Notes under the pieces: generated by a model | The model's database searches: none | The model's input: only the letters and a program-made list of their open reading frames with translations | Told to the model about the DNA's origin: nothing | In this document: positions 46,462-56,396 of the stretch, piece by piece | Layout of the letters: the number at the start of each line of letters is the position of its first letter | Numbering within the stretch: the stretch's first letter is position 1 | IMG/VR virus record: IMGVR_UViG_3300033074_001674 | Coordinates: 32,001-96,000 of that record | Source of the DNA: a virus | Taxonomy: Duplodnaviria; Caudoviricetes | Length of the DNA stretch: 64,000 nt | Direction: 5' to 3' (one strand) | Position numbers and translations under genes: made by a program

Positions 46462-46955
46462 TACTTCTCCATTACTAGCGATTGTACCCCGCCAGATTTT
46501 GTGATTGTAAATTTGCCAATAAGTATGCCGCTTCTAAAATAGCTTAGTAGTTTAAAAATATAAGCAGGAGTCAAAGCGTACATATCACCATCTACTATTG
46601 ATGTAGCGACTGCGAATGGGCTCCCTCCCCTACACCTCTCTAATTTTGGAGCTATCTCCACAGCATCGTAAAACGAAAAATTTTCTACCTCTCTAGCATT
46701 TTGAAATTCAAGACTGTTTCTTTTTAGAAAGGTCTTCTTTCTTCTGTACAGTGAGAATTCCCATTGTAGCTGGTTTAAATTTATTTGTCTTGGCACAAAA
46801 TTACCAACAACACATATACGTGGATATTTCTCGTGAAGAGAAGATGGCATTTGTTTACCATAATTTCTTCTTAGAAGATTAATATAAACTACAGCATCTT
46901 CTCTATTGCCTGAAAGCATAAATTGTCGCTCAGCCAATCGCACCTTTTCATCCAT
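46461..46955 (-). CDS. hypothetical protein, paralog of 46027..46461
   Basis: MDEKVRLAER..; F.D; SIVDG..Y; G...GKFTI. Confidence 0.6.
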   Translation of the reverse strand: MDEKVRLAERQFMLSGNREDAVVYINLLRRNYGKQMPSSLHEKYPRICVVGNFVPRQINLNQLQWEFSLYRRKKTFLKRNSLEFQNAREVENFSFYDAVEIAPKLERCRGGSPFAVATSIVDGDMYALTPAYIFKLLSYFRSGILIGKFTITKSGGVQSLVMEK

Positions 46956-47383
46956 TATCTATTCCTGACTCCCCAAATTCCACTTGTAATATCCCACGGC
47001 AGCCGACCGTCATCCTGCTTGGCCTCTTCAAATGTTAATGTTGAAAGAACCAACAACTTTGTGTTATCCGTTAAACTTTCTGCACCATTCGCCCATCCTG
47101 CAGGAACTTTAAATAGACGCGGCCTCCTCGCACTTAAGATACCGGTAATACACTCATCAACATTAGAAAGATTAAGTCCGCCACACTTGACAGCGCCAAC
47201 AACACAATGTAGGTATGTATCTCCTCTAAGGTGTCCATGCCATGCGCGAACTTGACCACGGGAAAAATTTTCAACCATGTAGAGCCGTCTGATTCCAAAA
47301 TCCCCGATTCTATCAAGGATGCAATGTACGCTTCCCCTATCATCTTCATGTAGCGCCAATTCTATAAATTGAGGTTTATCCAC
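46955..47383 (-). CDS. RmlC/FdtA-like cupin sugar epimerase/isomerase
   Basis: HEDDRG, VRAWHGH, VPAGWANG. Confidence 0.85.
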   Translation of the reverse strand: MDKPQFIELALHEDDRGSVHCILDRIGDFGIRRLYMVENFSRGQVRAWHGHLRGDTYLHCVVGAVKCGGLNLSNVDECITGILSARRPRLFKVPAGWANGAESLTDNTKLLVLSTLTFEEAKQDDGRLPWDITSGIWGVRNR

Positions 47384-48362
47384 CTGCCATCTCCTTGGCT
47401 ATTGTAGCATTATGAAATTTACTTAACCATGGATTTTTAATCCTGCCGCTCTGCAACATATCTCTCATTGTTCGAATGCCTTCTCGCAATGTTCTATTGG
47501 CGAACAGACCAAGGGATTTCGCCTTACTATTATCTACGCGATAATTTCTCAAATCCTCAAACTTACTATCTATAAGGGCAACTTCTGAGCCAGGTATTTC
47601 TTCAAGAATAATATCCGCAACCTCTTTGATTGTATAGTTCCCATGGGAAATTAAAACTACGCCTTTAAAATCTGAGAATACAGACTTTGTCATTAATTGC
47701 GCCACATCCAGCACATGTATAAGTGGTCTCCACTGTTCTCCGCCGAACACTGTTATTGGCTGTGCCTGACATGCCTTAAATGTTAATATATTAACTACAA
47801 GGTCGGCTCTTATTCTACCATAAGAAGTTGATGAGCCAAATAGAGTCCCTAACCTAAAAATTGCCCAATTAGTTAGTGATGATGATTTAATGGCATCTTC
47901 TGCGTTTAATTTTGTGCCAGCGTATAAACTTAGAGGCCTTACAGGACTAAGCTCATTTACGGTATCTGGAGATTCCCCGTATACAGATGCAGTTGACGCA
48001 AAAACTAGCCGCACATCCGGCTTACGCTTTTCAAGAAAGGTTACTAGTTTTTTTACAAAATTCTCGTTTGTTTCAACGGTTAGCTCAGGAAGCGCTTGAC
48101 AAGCGCCATCTCCAACTATTGCAGCTAGATGCACTATCGCACAAATATTATCAATTTCCTTGTCAAGCATGTTAAAAAAAGCATCACTATTTATATCAAT
48201 AAGACGAAAATCTATATTTGGTCTTAGATATACATCTTGATATAAAAGATTATCAATTGCTATCAGCTCATTTTTTTCACAAATGTCATTAAGAAATGCA
48301 CAAACGGCGTCACCGATGTACCCAGCCGCTCCAGTAACTAATATTCTTCTACCCTTCAACAT
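47376..48362 (-). CDS. NAD-dependent nucleotide-sugar epimerase/dehydratase
   Basis: TGAAGYIG, HLAAIVGD..C, ASTASVYG, YAGTK, FRLGTLFG, R.DLVVN, QWRPLIHV.D. Confidence 0.9.
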   Translation of the reverse strand: MLKGRRILVTGAAGYIGDAVCAFLNDICEKNELIAIDNLLYQDVYLRPNIDFRLIDINSDAFFNMLDKEIDNICAIVHLAAIVGDGACQALPELTVETNENFVKKLVTFLEKRKPDVRLVFASTASVYGESPDTVNELSPVRPLSLYAGTKLNAEDAIKSSSLTNWAIFRLGTLFGSSTSYGRIRADLVVNILTFKACQAQPITVFGGEQWRPLIHVLDVAQLMTKSVFSDFKGVVLISHGNYTIKEVADIILEEIPGSEVALIDSKFEDLRNYRVDNSKAKSLGLFANRTLREGIRTMRDMLQSGRIKNPWLSKFHNATIAKEMAGG

Positions 48363-48515
48363 GGTTTGCCTCTTAAAAAATACATGGCTCGCCTCTCATA
48401 ATATAATTTAGATTGATGATATATATTCTCGTCAGCTTTTATTATTTTTACAGGCCCATCGCAATAGCAAATTTTTTCTGATAATGGCATTATTTCTTTA
48501 CATGAACCGCATTGT

Positions 48516-49313
48516 TTAACGCGAAGAGCCATTAAGCACACAGTAAATCAGCATTATAATCCCTAACATAAAGACGCTTGCGCTAAAATAAAACATTAAT
48601 GATTTTGCGGCAGCGACTTCTTCTCTCTTAGAGAGAAGATTAAGAACACCATTTTTCTCTAGCTCTTTCTTAATATCTCCCATAGAGATATATTCAGACC
48701 ATGATTGCGAAATAACCCCATCATTAACACGCGCTTCAACGACCATGCCAACTATCTCGCAATTAGCGTTAAATACTGCTGAACCACTAGCTCCAACCTC
48801 TATTGGCATAGAAGCTCTTTGTAGATTCTTTCTTTCCCCATATGACTGTAGCCCGAAATAAATATGTGGCTTATCACTTGCCAAAGGATGTCCTATAGAA
48901 TAAAGAGGGGCTCCAGCTCGCTCATTCTCAAATGACAGGCTTGAATGTATCCCTTTATAGGGCGTGTGGATAATTGCAATATCCATACTAGTGACGGATG
49001 CTGTCGTTGGCCATAACACTTGTGATGGATAGAAATAATCATTTGCGTACACCAACACGTATCGTTCAGATTCTGAAATTAGACCATCCTCATTAAGGTC
49101 TACAACGTGCTTGGCAGTCAATACATTTCCGCTCGGCAATATTATTCCAGACCCAGAGCTAATCGGCGTGTCTATTTTACACGTATTGCTTGTGGCCCTT
49201 GCAAAATCAAATATCTTATTTGAAGATAAATGTTTGTCGGCCAACATAGCCAAAATTAGGCATACTATCAAAGTTGAAAACACTGTAATTAGAAAAATCT
49301 TAACTGATTTCAT
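48516..49313 (-). CDS. membrane-anchored trypsin-like serine protease
   Basis: SGSG, LTAKHV, DIAII, GASGS; hydrophobic segments at both termini. Confidence 0.8.
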   Translation of the reverse strand: MKSVKIFLITVFSTLIVCLILAMLADKHLSSNKIFDFARATSNTCKIDTPISSGSGIILPSGNVLTAKHVVDLNEDGLISESERYVLVYANDYFYPSQVLWPTTASVTSMDIAIIHTPYKGIHSSLSFENERAGAPLYSIGHPLASDKPHIYFGLQSYGERKNLQRASMPIEVGASGSAVFNANCEIVGMVVEARVNDGVISQSWSEYISMGDIKKELEKNGVLNLLSKREEVAAAKSLMFYFSASVFMLGIIMLIYCVLNGSSR

Positions 49314-50112
49314 TTGGTATCATCTCTTCTATTGGTGTTGCAAACACAGACCAAAAATCATCATCTGGAAGTTTGTATGAAAACCATTCCTGTTTTGATT
49401 TGGCCAACTTAAGAGTACTTTCATCTATTAGACGGTTAAGAGCCCAGCCATTTTGGCCATGCTTTTTATACATAATATACTTATCTATGATAGATTGATT
49501 TGATGAAAATCCCCAATGTATTATTTCTCCAGGAGCAAAAATTTCATTATCTGTAGCTCCTACTGGATAGTTTGTTAAATGTAGTCCTGGCTGAACATTA
49601 AAATGAAGTCCAGGAGTTAATTTCCACAATCTATTGAATACGACATCATTATATCCATTATCTACACGATAATATAACGGACTGCGCCACAAATTAATTG
49701 TGTGGAATGCGAAACTATTACTTGGAGCATTTAAACACATATCGTGTATTTTAGGAACCAAACTCTCATCTAGTGTCTCATCGGCATCAATCCGTAAAAC
49801 CCAATCGACCCCGTGCTGCTTGCACTTATCCAATTGTATTTGCTTGTGCGCCAATTCGTTTTTAAAATCGTTGCGCTCGCCAGCTATATAGTAAATTTCT
49901 CGCAGCTTTGCATCTACAGGAAAATCTGCTTCTATATATCTTCCTTTTGTCCACGCATCCCAGACATCAAAGATATAATCCCTAGTGCCATCAGTACTCC
50001 CATCATCATAAATACATATACTGTCGCAGTAATTAGCAATATGTCGCATATACCGTGGAAGGTTTCCATTTTGCAACTCCTGATATGTTTGAAGCATCGC
50101 ACAAAGATTCAT
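49300..50112 (-). CDS. GT2-like glycosyltransferase
   Basis: YDDGSTDGT, WVLRIDADE, IIHWG. Confidence 0.85.
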   Translation of the reverse strand: MNLCAMLQTYQELQNGNLPRYMRHIANYCDSICIYDDGSTDGTRDYIFDVWDAWTKGRYIEADFPVDAKLREIYYIAGERNDFKNELAHKQIQLDKCKQHGVDWVLRIDADETLDESLVPKIHDMCLNAPSNSFAFHTINLWRSPLYYRVDNGYNDVVFNRLWKLTPGLHFNVQPGLHLTNYPVGATDNEIFAPGEIIHWGFSSNQSIIDKYIMYKKHGQNGWALNRLIDESTLKLAKSKQEWFSYKLPDDDFWSVFATPIEEMIPNEIS

Positions 50113-50114
50113 TA

Positions 50115-50843
50115 TTAAATCCTAGTCTTAATAGGTGCGGATGGTATTTCTCCAAGCGGATGACGACCGAACCATTCAGGCTTGCTTTTCCCTAGAGTAA
50201 GACCGTTCTCGTCTATTAGCCTATTTAACTCCCAGCCGCTCTGTCCATGGCTCTTATATGTGTGATATTTGTCAATAATACTATTGTCGCTGACAAAGCC
50301 ATAATGTAAAACCAACAAATCACTATCTTTAACCGTGTTTATGCCGTCTGGATACTGACGATGATGTAGCCCATTCTTTACGTTGTAATGAAGCTTTCCA
50401 TTGTTGCGCCATAGCCTAGTAAAGATTCCGTCACCATATTGGTTATCTAATCTAAAATAAGCTTCTGACCTCCACAAGTTAATTTGTGGGAATGTGTACG
50501 CGTCACAATCCATATTCGCAGCGAGCTCTCTAATTAAATTATTATCCTCTACTCTTTTTTCAAAAACTTCATCTGCATCCAGCCAAAGTATATGTGATGG
50601 GTCGCATTCTAAAACATGGTTAAGAAGAAATTGTTTATGCTCTATTTCCTTGCCAAACTCATTCTTAGACCCAGGAAATACAGACACGCCCTTATAAGAT
50701 GCAGCAACATCTACACTGTTATCTGTTGAGCCATCATCATATATAAATACGTGGTCAACTATCTTAGTGAATGAATCAAGGAACCTGCGCAAATTTCCTT
50801 TTGATTCCTCATTGTAGACCTGGCAAAATCCTACCGTAAACAT
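50115..50843 (-). CDS. GT2-like glycosyltransferase (tandem paralog of 49300..50112)
   Basis: YNEE, YDDGSTD, LDADE, LHYG; shares HGQxGWxLNRLIDE. Confidence 0.85.
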   Translation of the reverse strand: MFTVGFCQVYNEESKGNLRRFLDSFTKIVDHVFIYDDGSTDNSVDVAASYKGVSVFPGSKNEFGKEIEHKQFLLNHVLECDPSHILWLDADEVFEKRVEDNNLIRELAANMDCDAYTFPQINLWRSEAYFRLDNQYGDGIFTRLWRNNGKLHYNVKNGLHHRQYPDGINTVKDSDLLVLHYGFVSDNSIIDKYHTYKSHGQSGWELNRLIDENGLTLGKSKPEWFGRHPLGEIPSAPIKTRI

Positions 50844-51747
50844 CTATTACCTCATCTATATTGCGATATATTGCTTCTGGATGTTTTGTGAATGGAAATA
50901 AAATATAGTTAGGCCAAAATTTCATTCCATAACTCATTCTGGAAATGTTGCTCTCGGATATAATTGGCCATTGCTTTTCTAGACCTGAGACTCGTGGGTC
51001 TGCCATTTCATTCCCTTCGCCTGTCCAAATCCTACCTTTTTCAAGCTTCTTGGCCATAGGCCGCGCCCAGCCGTAATGAACAATATCTTCGTCATGATTA
51101 CCTATACAGACTCTTGTTTTTGTTGGATGATGTATATCTTCTCCGGGCCCTGTTCCTTTTGCCTCATCTGTCCATTTCCCTACAGACAATGCTCCATCTG
51201 TAAGATATATTCTTGCGTGCCCATATGAACCATCAAAGCGATTTGGAAAACTTCTAATAGATGGGTCGCCACCAGGCGGCATCCTCATACATAAAAATGG
51301 ATTACTATCTCTTTTTCGTAAAGACTCTAACCAATCAGTCGTAGAGTACAATTGATTCTGATAAAGCTCCCAATGATTAATTGTAAATAGGGTTACATCG
51401 TTATTCAGTTCTCTAGCTGTGTTCGCAGCCTTCCATGCTCCAGCATCATAGAACACATCATCGCCATCAAGACGGATAAATCTATCGCAGCCCAATTTTC
51501 TAAGCAAATCAATTGCGGCATTCTTTGGCTTACTTATATCATAATCTGGAAGCGGGCCATATTCTATTAGGTGTAATTTCCCATCAGTTATTTCATGACT
51601 GAAAATCTCTTTAATTAACTGAGTAGTTCCATCTGTAGAACCACTATCCACCAATACATAGTGGTCAACATGCTCTATTAAAGAATCTATAGTAAAAACT
51701 ATTGTCGCCACCTCATTAAGTGTGGCAGTTAATGCACCTATCTTCAT
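50809..51747 (-). CDS. GT2-like glycosyltransferase
   Basis: TLNE, VDSGSTDGT, LDGDD, VHYGW. Confidence 0.85.
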   Translation of the reverse strand: MKIGALTATLNEVATIVFTIDSLIEHVDHYVLVDSGSTDGTTQLIKEIFSHEITDGKLHLIEYGPLPDYDISKPKNAAIDLLRKLGCDRFIRLDGDDVFYDAGAWKAANTARELNNDVTLFTINHWELYQNQLYSTTDWLESLRKRDSNPFLCMRMPPGGDPSIRSFPNRFDGSYGHARIYLTDGALSVGKWTDEAKGTGPGEDIHHPTKTRVCIGNHDEDIVHYGWARPMAKKLEKGRIWTGEGNEMADPRVSGLEKQWPIISESNISRMSYGMKFWPNYILFPFTKHPEAIYRNIDEVIDVYGRILPGLQ

Positions 51748-51934
51748 GATATAAAAAGATATGCTCCCTCAAGTGCTCCTGAATTTTCGGTACAATCGCA
51801 ATCTTTACGCTGCTTTGCACAAGATAAACATCTGCAATACCAACACAGATGAGATGTAACTGAAAAACCAAAACGTCCAGAGCCACAATGGTTTCTTATT
51901 ATAATCAAGCCTGTATCTCGACATTGTTGGCACT

Positions 51935-52492
51935 TCATGGAGCGCCTCTAGGAAAATCACTTGTAATTGTACTTTCCATTAGACGTTTGACGTTCTTAGT
52001 ATCAAAGCCTCTGCCAGCTTTTCTTTTAATTAGCTCATAAACAACCCCCATGGTCGGATGTGGATGCGTAAAACATTGGACTAAATCATCTGATTCTATT
52101 GGTTCATCTGTAGTAAATGTGGCATATTTATTCTTTTTCCATAATTCCATAGTGGCCGCCACATCGTTGACTGCGTATGCTAAATGATGGATGTTGTTTC
52201 CGTGCTTTTCAACCCACTTATCTACAAGTGACCCAGGCGTTCCCTGTGAAACAAATATATCCGGAGCCATATGGTACTGTAAATGGTTATACTCGTGCCT
52301 GGTAATTGATGGAGCATCCATTATGCCGCAGCGCTCAATAGGAACAAGTGAGTAGCATTGTGCAAATTCCTTCTTTTCATCATCAAAGAAGATTAGAAAT
52401 GATTCATCTATTTTATAGCCAAACGCATCGCATAAAAATTTGGCCGCCGCATCTCTATCTTTAACGCGATATGCAATGTGGTCTAATCTCAT
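51935..52492 (-). CDS. VOC/glyoxalase superfamily protein
   Basis: MRLDHIAYRV, IHHLAYAVNDV, VVYELI. Confidence 0.8.
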   Translation of the reverse strand: MRLDHIAYRVKDRDAAAKFLCDAFGYKIDESFLIFFDDEKKEFAQCYSLVPIERCGIMDAPSITRHEYNHLQYHMAPDIFVSQGTPGSLVDKWVEKHGNNIHHLAYAVNDVAATMELWKKNKYATFTTDEPIESDDLVQCFTHPHPTMGVVYELIKRKAGRGFDTKNVKRLMESTITSDFPRGAP

Positions 52493-53286
52493 GGGAATAT
52501 TGCTCTCTGCTCTTGCCAAGATTGTGCAGTTTTAACTAACCAAGGGACAGCTTGATAGCTATATCTTTCCATATATTTACGAGTATAGCTTGGATGCCAA
52601 TCTACTTCTGGAAATTTTCTAAATGATGGCATAGACCAACTAGTGTCGTCCAACCTTCCCCATTTTGTCTGAATCCATGGTCCGTTATTTTTGCCATCCC
52701 ATGGCTTTGCCTTATATGAATATTTCAGATGATTAACGAAATGTCCAACTTCAATATCTCCATCTCTTTTAATAAAATCATGAGACCTGTCTATATAATC
52801 TTTTAAGCCAGCCTCACTAATTCTGAGCTGGCTGTCAACGTCCTCGAATCCGCCTCCAGTAAACCTTTCGTCAAACCATCCATGCTCAAGAATAAATTGT
52901 TTAGACAAACACATCGCACCATAATGGAACAAATGTATCATCAGATACTTCTGACTTGCAATCATATCTTCTAGATATTCTAACCAATTAGGATTAAAAG
53001 TAATATCATCATTACATATTAAAACCCATTCTGTTGGTGCGGTCATAATGCACCAATTCCAAAGTTCTGCCAAACCAGACTTATCTGGAAGCCAAACACT
53101 TCTTAAATGCAACGAAGCATTCTCATCACACAATTTCATTGAATCATCATAGGAATCTGGGCTATCATGCAAAACAGTAACAACCGGCGACTTGCTTTGA
53201 GCAGTAGACATAATGCTTTTTAAAAAAGCTTCAAGGCATTTAGGCCTATGTCTTGACGGCACAGCTATACTAATCTTATCGTGCAT
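52489..53286 (-). CDS. GT2-like glycosyltransferase
   Basis: ISIAVPS, WN, LICNDD, GWFDERF.GGGFEDVD. Confidence 0.85.
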   Translation of the reverse strand: MHDKISIAVPSRHRPKCLEAFLKSIMSTAQSKSPVVTVLHDSPDSYDDSMKLCDENASLHLRSVWLPDKSGLAELWNWCIMTAPTEWVLICNDDITFNPNWLEYLEDMIASQKYLMIHLFHYGAMCLSKQFILEHGWFDERFTGGGFEDVDSQLRISEAGLKDYIDRSHDFIKRDGDIEVGHFVNHLKYSYKAKPWDGKNNGPWIQTKWGRLDDTSWSMPSFRKFPEVDWHPSYTRKYMERYSYQAVPWLVKTAQSWQEQRAIFP

Positions 53287-54061
53287 CTTCCACCAGAATT
53301 GGATTGTACTGTTTCACAATCTTAATCTCTCCATATTTCCCAGAATTCAGGAGTTGCTTAGCCTTTGTTTTGCACGCATCAGATGCCGCCTTTTCTCTGT
53401 CCTTATTAGAACCAGTAATCTGGTTGCCATGAACGCGAAAAGCCGCCAATATTGCCCTGACTAGCCCGAAATGGGTAAACTGCGCGGCGCGCACCGCAAA
53501 ATCAAAGTCCTCACATATTTCGTTCCAATATAAACCAGTTTTTCTCCACAAGTTAGCTGTGTACATAAACGACATCCCAAGGTCGTATCCATTAACAAGG
53601 TCTTCTCTCGTCTGTGGCTTCTGATGAATAACATCGTGTATCCGACGATTGTTTTCATCTATATAGGTAAAATCGCTGTAGACAAATTCTACTGGAGCCC
53701 CTTGTTGTTCGCATTGATGTAGAGCGTTTGCAAGTTCAGCCACGAAGTTTGGAAAATAAATATTATCAGCACTACACCAAGTTATATATTTGCCTCTAGC
53801 CAGAGAATGGCCTGTATTTAAAGCGCTGCCTGTGCCACCATTTTGCTTTGAAATGTACCGCAATCTTCTATCAAAGAAGAAATTTCTAACAACAGAATCT
53901 GTATTATCTGTAGAACCATCATTAACTACTATAATCTCTATAGATGGAAATGTTTGCTTTGTAAGACTATCTAGTGTCGCAGCTATAAACCTCTGCGCAT
54001 TATATGCTGGAACAACAATTGAAACTAACGGCGCTTCATCTTTAACTATTAAGTGTTTCAT
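53276..54061 (-). CDS. GT2 glycosyltransferase
   Basis: VSIVVPAYN, VVNDGSTD, NGG..ALN, SADN, EDFDF. Confidence 0.92.
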   Translation of the reverse strand: MKHLIVKDEAPLVSIVVPAYNAQRFIAATLDSLTKQTFPSIEIIVVNDGSTDNTDSVVRNFFFDRRLRYISKQNGGTGSALNTGHSLARGKYITWCSADNIYFPNFVAELANALHQCEQQGAPVEFVYSDFTYIDENNRRIHDVIHQKPQTREDLVNGYDLGMSFMYTANLWRKTGLYWNEICEDFDFAVRAAQFTHFGLVRAILAAFRVHGNQITGSNKDREKAASDACKTKAKQLLNSGKYGEIKIVKQYNPILVEDAR

Positions 54062-54399
54062 GTGTTTGCCTGACTTCTACGTCTATTCTCGCTATCTATA
54101 TATTCAAATAATCTAGAAACATGATTATCGCATATTGGAACTAGGTCATTCCACCCGTGTTTACATTCCTGTGACGTTTGACAATCATTACAGTAAATAT
54201 CAGCTCGACTACCAGCGGGGATAGTCTGCGAAGGCCACTCGCAATTATTATTGTATACGCACTTATATTGAGAATGAATTACAGGCCAACATCTTTCACA
54301 AATTGGCAACTTGTTACTATTTTCTTCATCTGGGAAGAAATTAAGCCAGCGGACTGCAAATATCATTGGATACTGACACCAGCGACATTTAATAGACAT
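54058..54399 (-). CDS. Cys-rich hypothetical protein
   Basis: Several CxxC pairs. Confidence 0.5.
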   Translation of the reverse strand: MSIKCRWCQYPMIFAVRWLNFFPDEENSNKLPICERCWPVIHSQYKCVYNNNCEWPSQTIPAGSRADIYCNDCQTSQECKHGWNDLVPICDNHVSRLFEYIDSENRRRSQANT

Positions 54400-54776
54400 T
54401 ATCTCCTCACATTATGTGATGAAACTAGACTATCTAGTAAAATTAGTCTTTTGCGTTTTTTAGCCAACCATTTTAATGCTATCGACAGATGCGCTTCACA
54501 AGTTGAGACTTCAGGTAAATAATATGCAGCATATGCCCATGCACAATAATCACATGTGTATCTATAGCCTTTACAACCATTAAAACAATGAGCAAAAACC
54601 ATATCAAACCAATAAATCATTGCAGGATATTTACAATTTCCATCTCCAAAATAACAAGTATTTCTATTTACTTTTTCTCTATAATGTTCATGACATAGAT
54701 ATGCTGGGCTATAGCCAATCTTGCTACAGTCAACTAAATATCCTTCTTTTTTACAATCATAAAATTGGCATTCCAT
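54399..54776 (-). CDS. Cys-rich hypothetical protein
   Basis: Several Cys/His clusters. Confidence 0.5.
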   Translation of the reverse strand: MECQFYDCKKEGYLVDCSKIGYSPAYLCHEHYREKVNRNTCYFGDGNCKYPAMIYWFDMVFAHCFNGCKGYRYTCDYCAWAYAAYYLPEVSTCEAHLSIALKWLAKKRKRLILLDSLVSSHNVRR

Positions 54777-55378
54777 TATTGCCTCTCAAATATAAAAACA
54801 GCTCTAGTCCTATGATTGGTAGAACGCTGAATCCCTATTCCTCCAACCTGCTTAAACCATTCCTTTTTATATTGAGGTAATACTTCGTCTAACCACACAA
54901 GAAATCCGCCACGGTTAAGTAATAGATAGCATTGTTCCATTACCTTTTTCCTATTTATCATTGGATATCCATATTTTTCAGCATCTTTAGCAGAATATGG
55001 ACAGTCTGCCAAAATCAAATCAAATTTTCTATCAATAAGCACGCTGGCATTTTGTGCATCTCCGCAAAAATCTGGCTTTAATTTTGGATTAATATCAAAT
55101 GTTAATCCTGGAAAATCTTCCATCCAGCTTTTATTGGATTCAAAACCGGGACTTAATGAACCACTAAACAAATGTAATGTTTGTTCTTTACCAAACTCTG
55201 GAAACATTGTTCTAATTCTTTTAAGATACCCATAAGGATAAGCGCCATACCAATTTGGTCCTGTATAACAGGCTCCAATACTCCAATATCCTACTATCCA
55301 ATTATTGCTAAATTGAATTTTAGGCCATTTTGGAAATGCCAAATTGTACAAATCTACCCTATCTTCAAGGCTTAACAT
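54776..55378 (-). CDS. putative SAM-dependent amino-methyltransferase
   Basis: YGAYP, LHLFSG, DIN, FDLILADCPY (DPPY variant), GG.LV.LD. Confidence 0.65.
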   Translation of the reverse strand: MLSLEDRVDLYNLAFPKWPKIQFSNNWIVGYWSIGACYTGPNWYGAYPYGYLKRIRTMFPEFGKEQTLHLFSGSLSPGFESNKSWMEDFPGLTFDINPKLKPDFCGDAQNASVLIDRKFDLILADCPYSAKDAEKYGYPMINRKKVMEQCYLLLNRGGFLVWLDEVLPQYKKEWFKQVGGIGIQRSTNHRTRAVFIFERQ

Positions 55379-55379
55379 A

Positions 55380-56396
55380 TTAAGCTGGATTGTAGACCGG
55401 CGCCATTCTGGCTGATGCCCAGGGCCAATTTAGCATCCATTGAGGAATTGTAGGCAAATTAGGATGCAATGAGTAATACGGAGATTTCTTCCAGTGTTTA
55501 ATTTTTGCCGCTACATCCTCTTTTGTGTAAAAATCACATATATCCTTATATGCTGGATGTTCTTTTAAAGAAGATGGATGATTCCCGTCGAATTCGAGAA
55601 CGGTATTTAAATCCTCTGTAAAGCCCACAAACTCTTTAAGCTTCTCATCAAAGGCATCTGCGGCAGACTTTCCTTCGCCAGCCGGGAATCTCTTAAGTTC
55701 GCTTTCGTAAAATTCTCTCTTCATCTCGTGAAATTTTACTCCCTTTGCATGGCCATAATGATATATGAAAATAGGAGTAACATATCGAAACTGTTGAATT
55801 TGCGGATGAAAATACGTGCAGACTCCATCAGCCTGGGTAGCAACTGGATGTGTATGATATCTAAGTCCTGGGCGCCACCTCAGGATTCTCTGATGAGAGC
55901 AGACCCACTCTGGTCCAAAATCTCGCACATGCTTAAAATCTCTATAAAAGTGCAAAAATGTGACCATTAATTCGCTTGCCAACGGCCTCTTGTAAATATA
56001 CTGACGAAGCTTCTCTATATCTCCGTCCATATAAAATTCATCGCAGTCTACAATAAATATCCAATCGCCATCACGAGATGAATCAAGAAAGACCTGCTTT
56101 TGTTCCTCAAGACTCTTGAACGGCCTATCTAATTGAATAAATTCTATTTTGTTTGCGGGGTCTGGAAAGTTCTTAATAAGTTCAATTGTCTTATCAGTTG
56201 AGTGTCCATCATGTGTCGAGCCAGGCCTGCCTTCTACTGCTCCCTCTACAATGCGGATTACATCCCACTCATCGTAGCAATTACGCAAATTATACTCTAT
56301 CCAGCCTTCTTCGTTGTGCGCTGCAACGCACTTGACTAGACGGATTTTATCTTTTGGATAATTGGTCTCAGAAAGTATGTAATCTATTTGTCTCAT
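55380..56396 (-). CDS. GT2-like glycosyltransferase
   Basis: AHNEE, STDKT, WIFIVDCDEFY, YHYGH. Confidence 0.8.
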   Translation of the reverse strand: MRQIDYILSETNYPKDKIRLVKCVAAHNEEGWIEYNLRNCYDEWDVIRIVEGAVEGRPGSTHDGHSTDKTIELIKNFPDPANKIEFIQLDRPFKSLEEQKQVFLDSSRDGDWIFIVDCDEFYMDGDIEKLRQYIYKRPLASELMVTFLHFYRDFKHVRDFGPEWVCSHQRILRWRPGLRYHTHPVATQADGVCTYFHPQIQQFRYVTPIFIYHYGHAKGVKFHEMKREFYESELKRFPAGEGKSAADAFDEKLKEFVGFTEDLNTVLEFDGNHPSSLKEHPAYKDICDFYTKEDVAAKIKHWKKSPYYSLHPNLPTIPQWMLNWPWASARMAPVYNPA

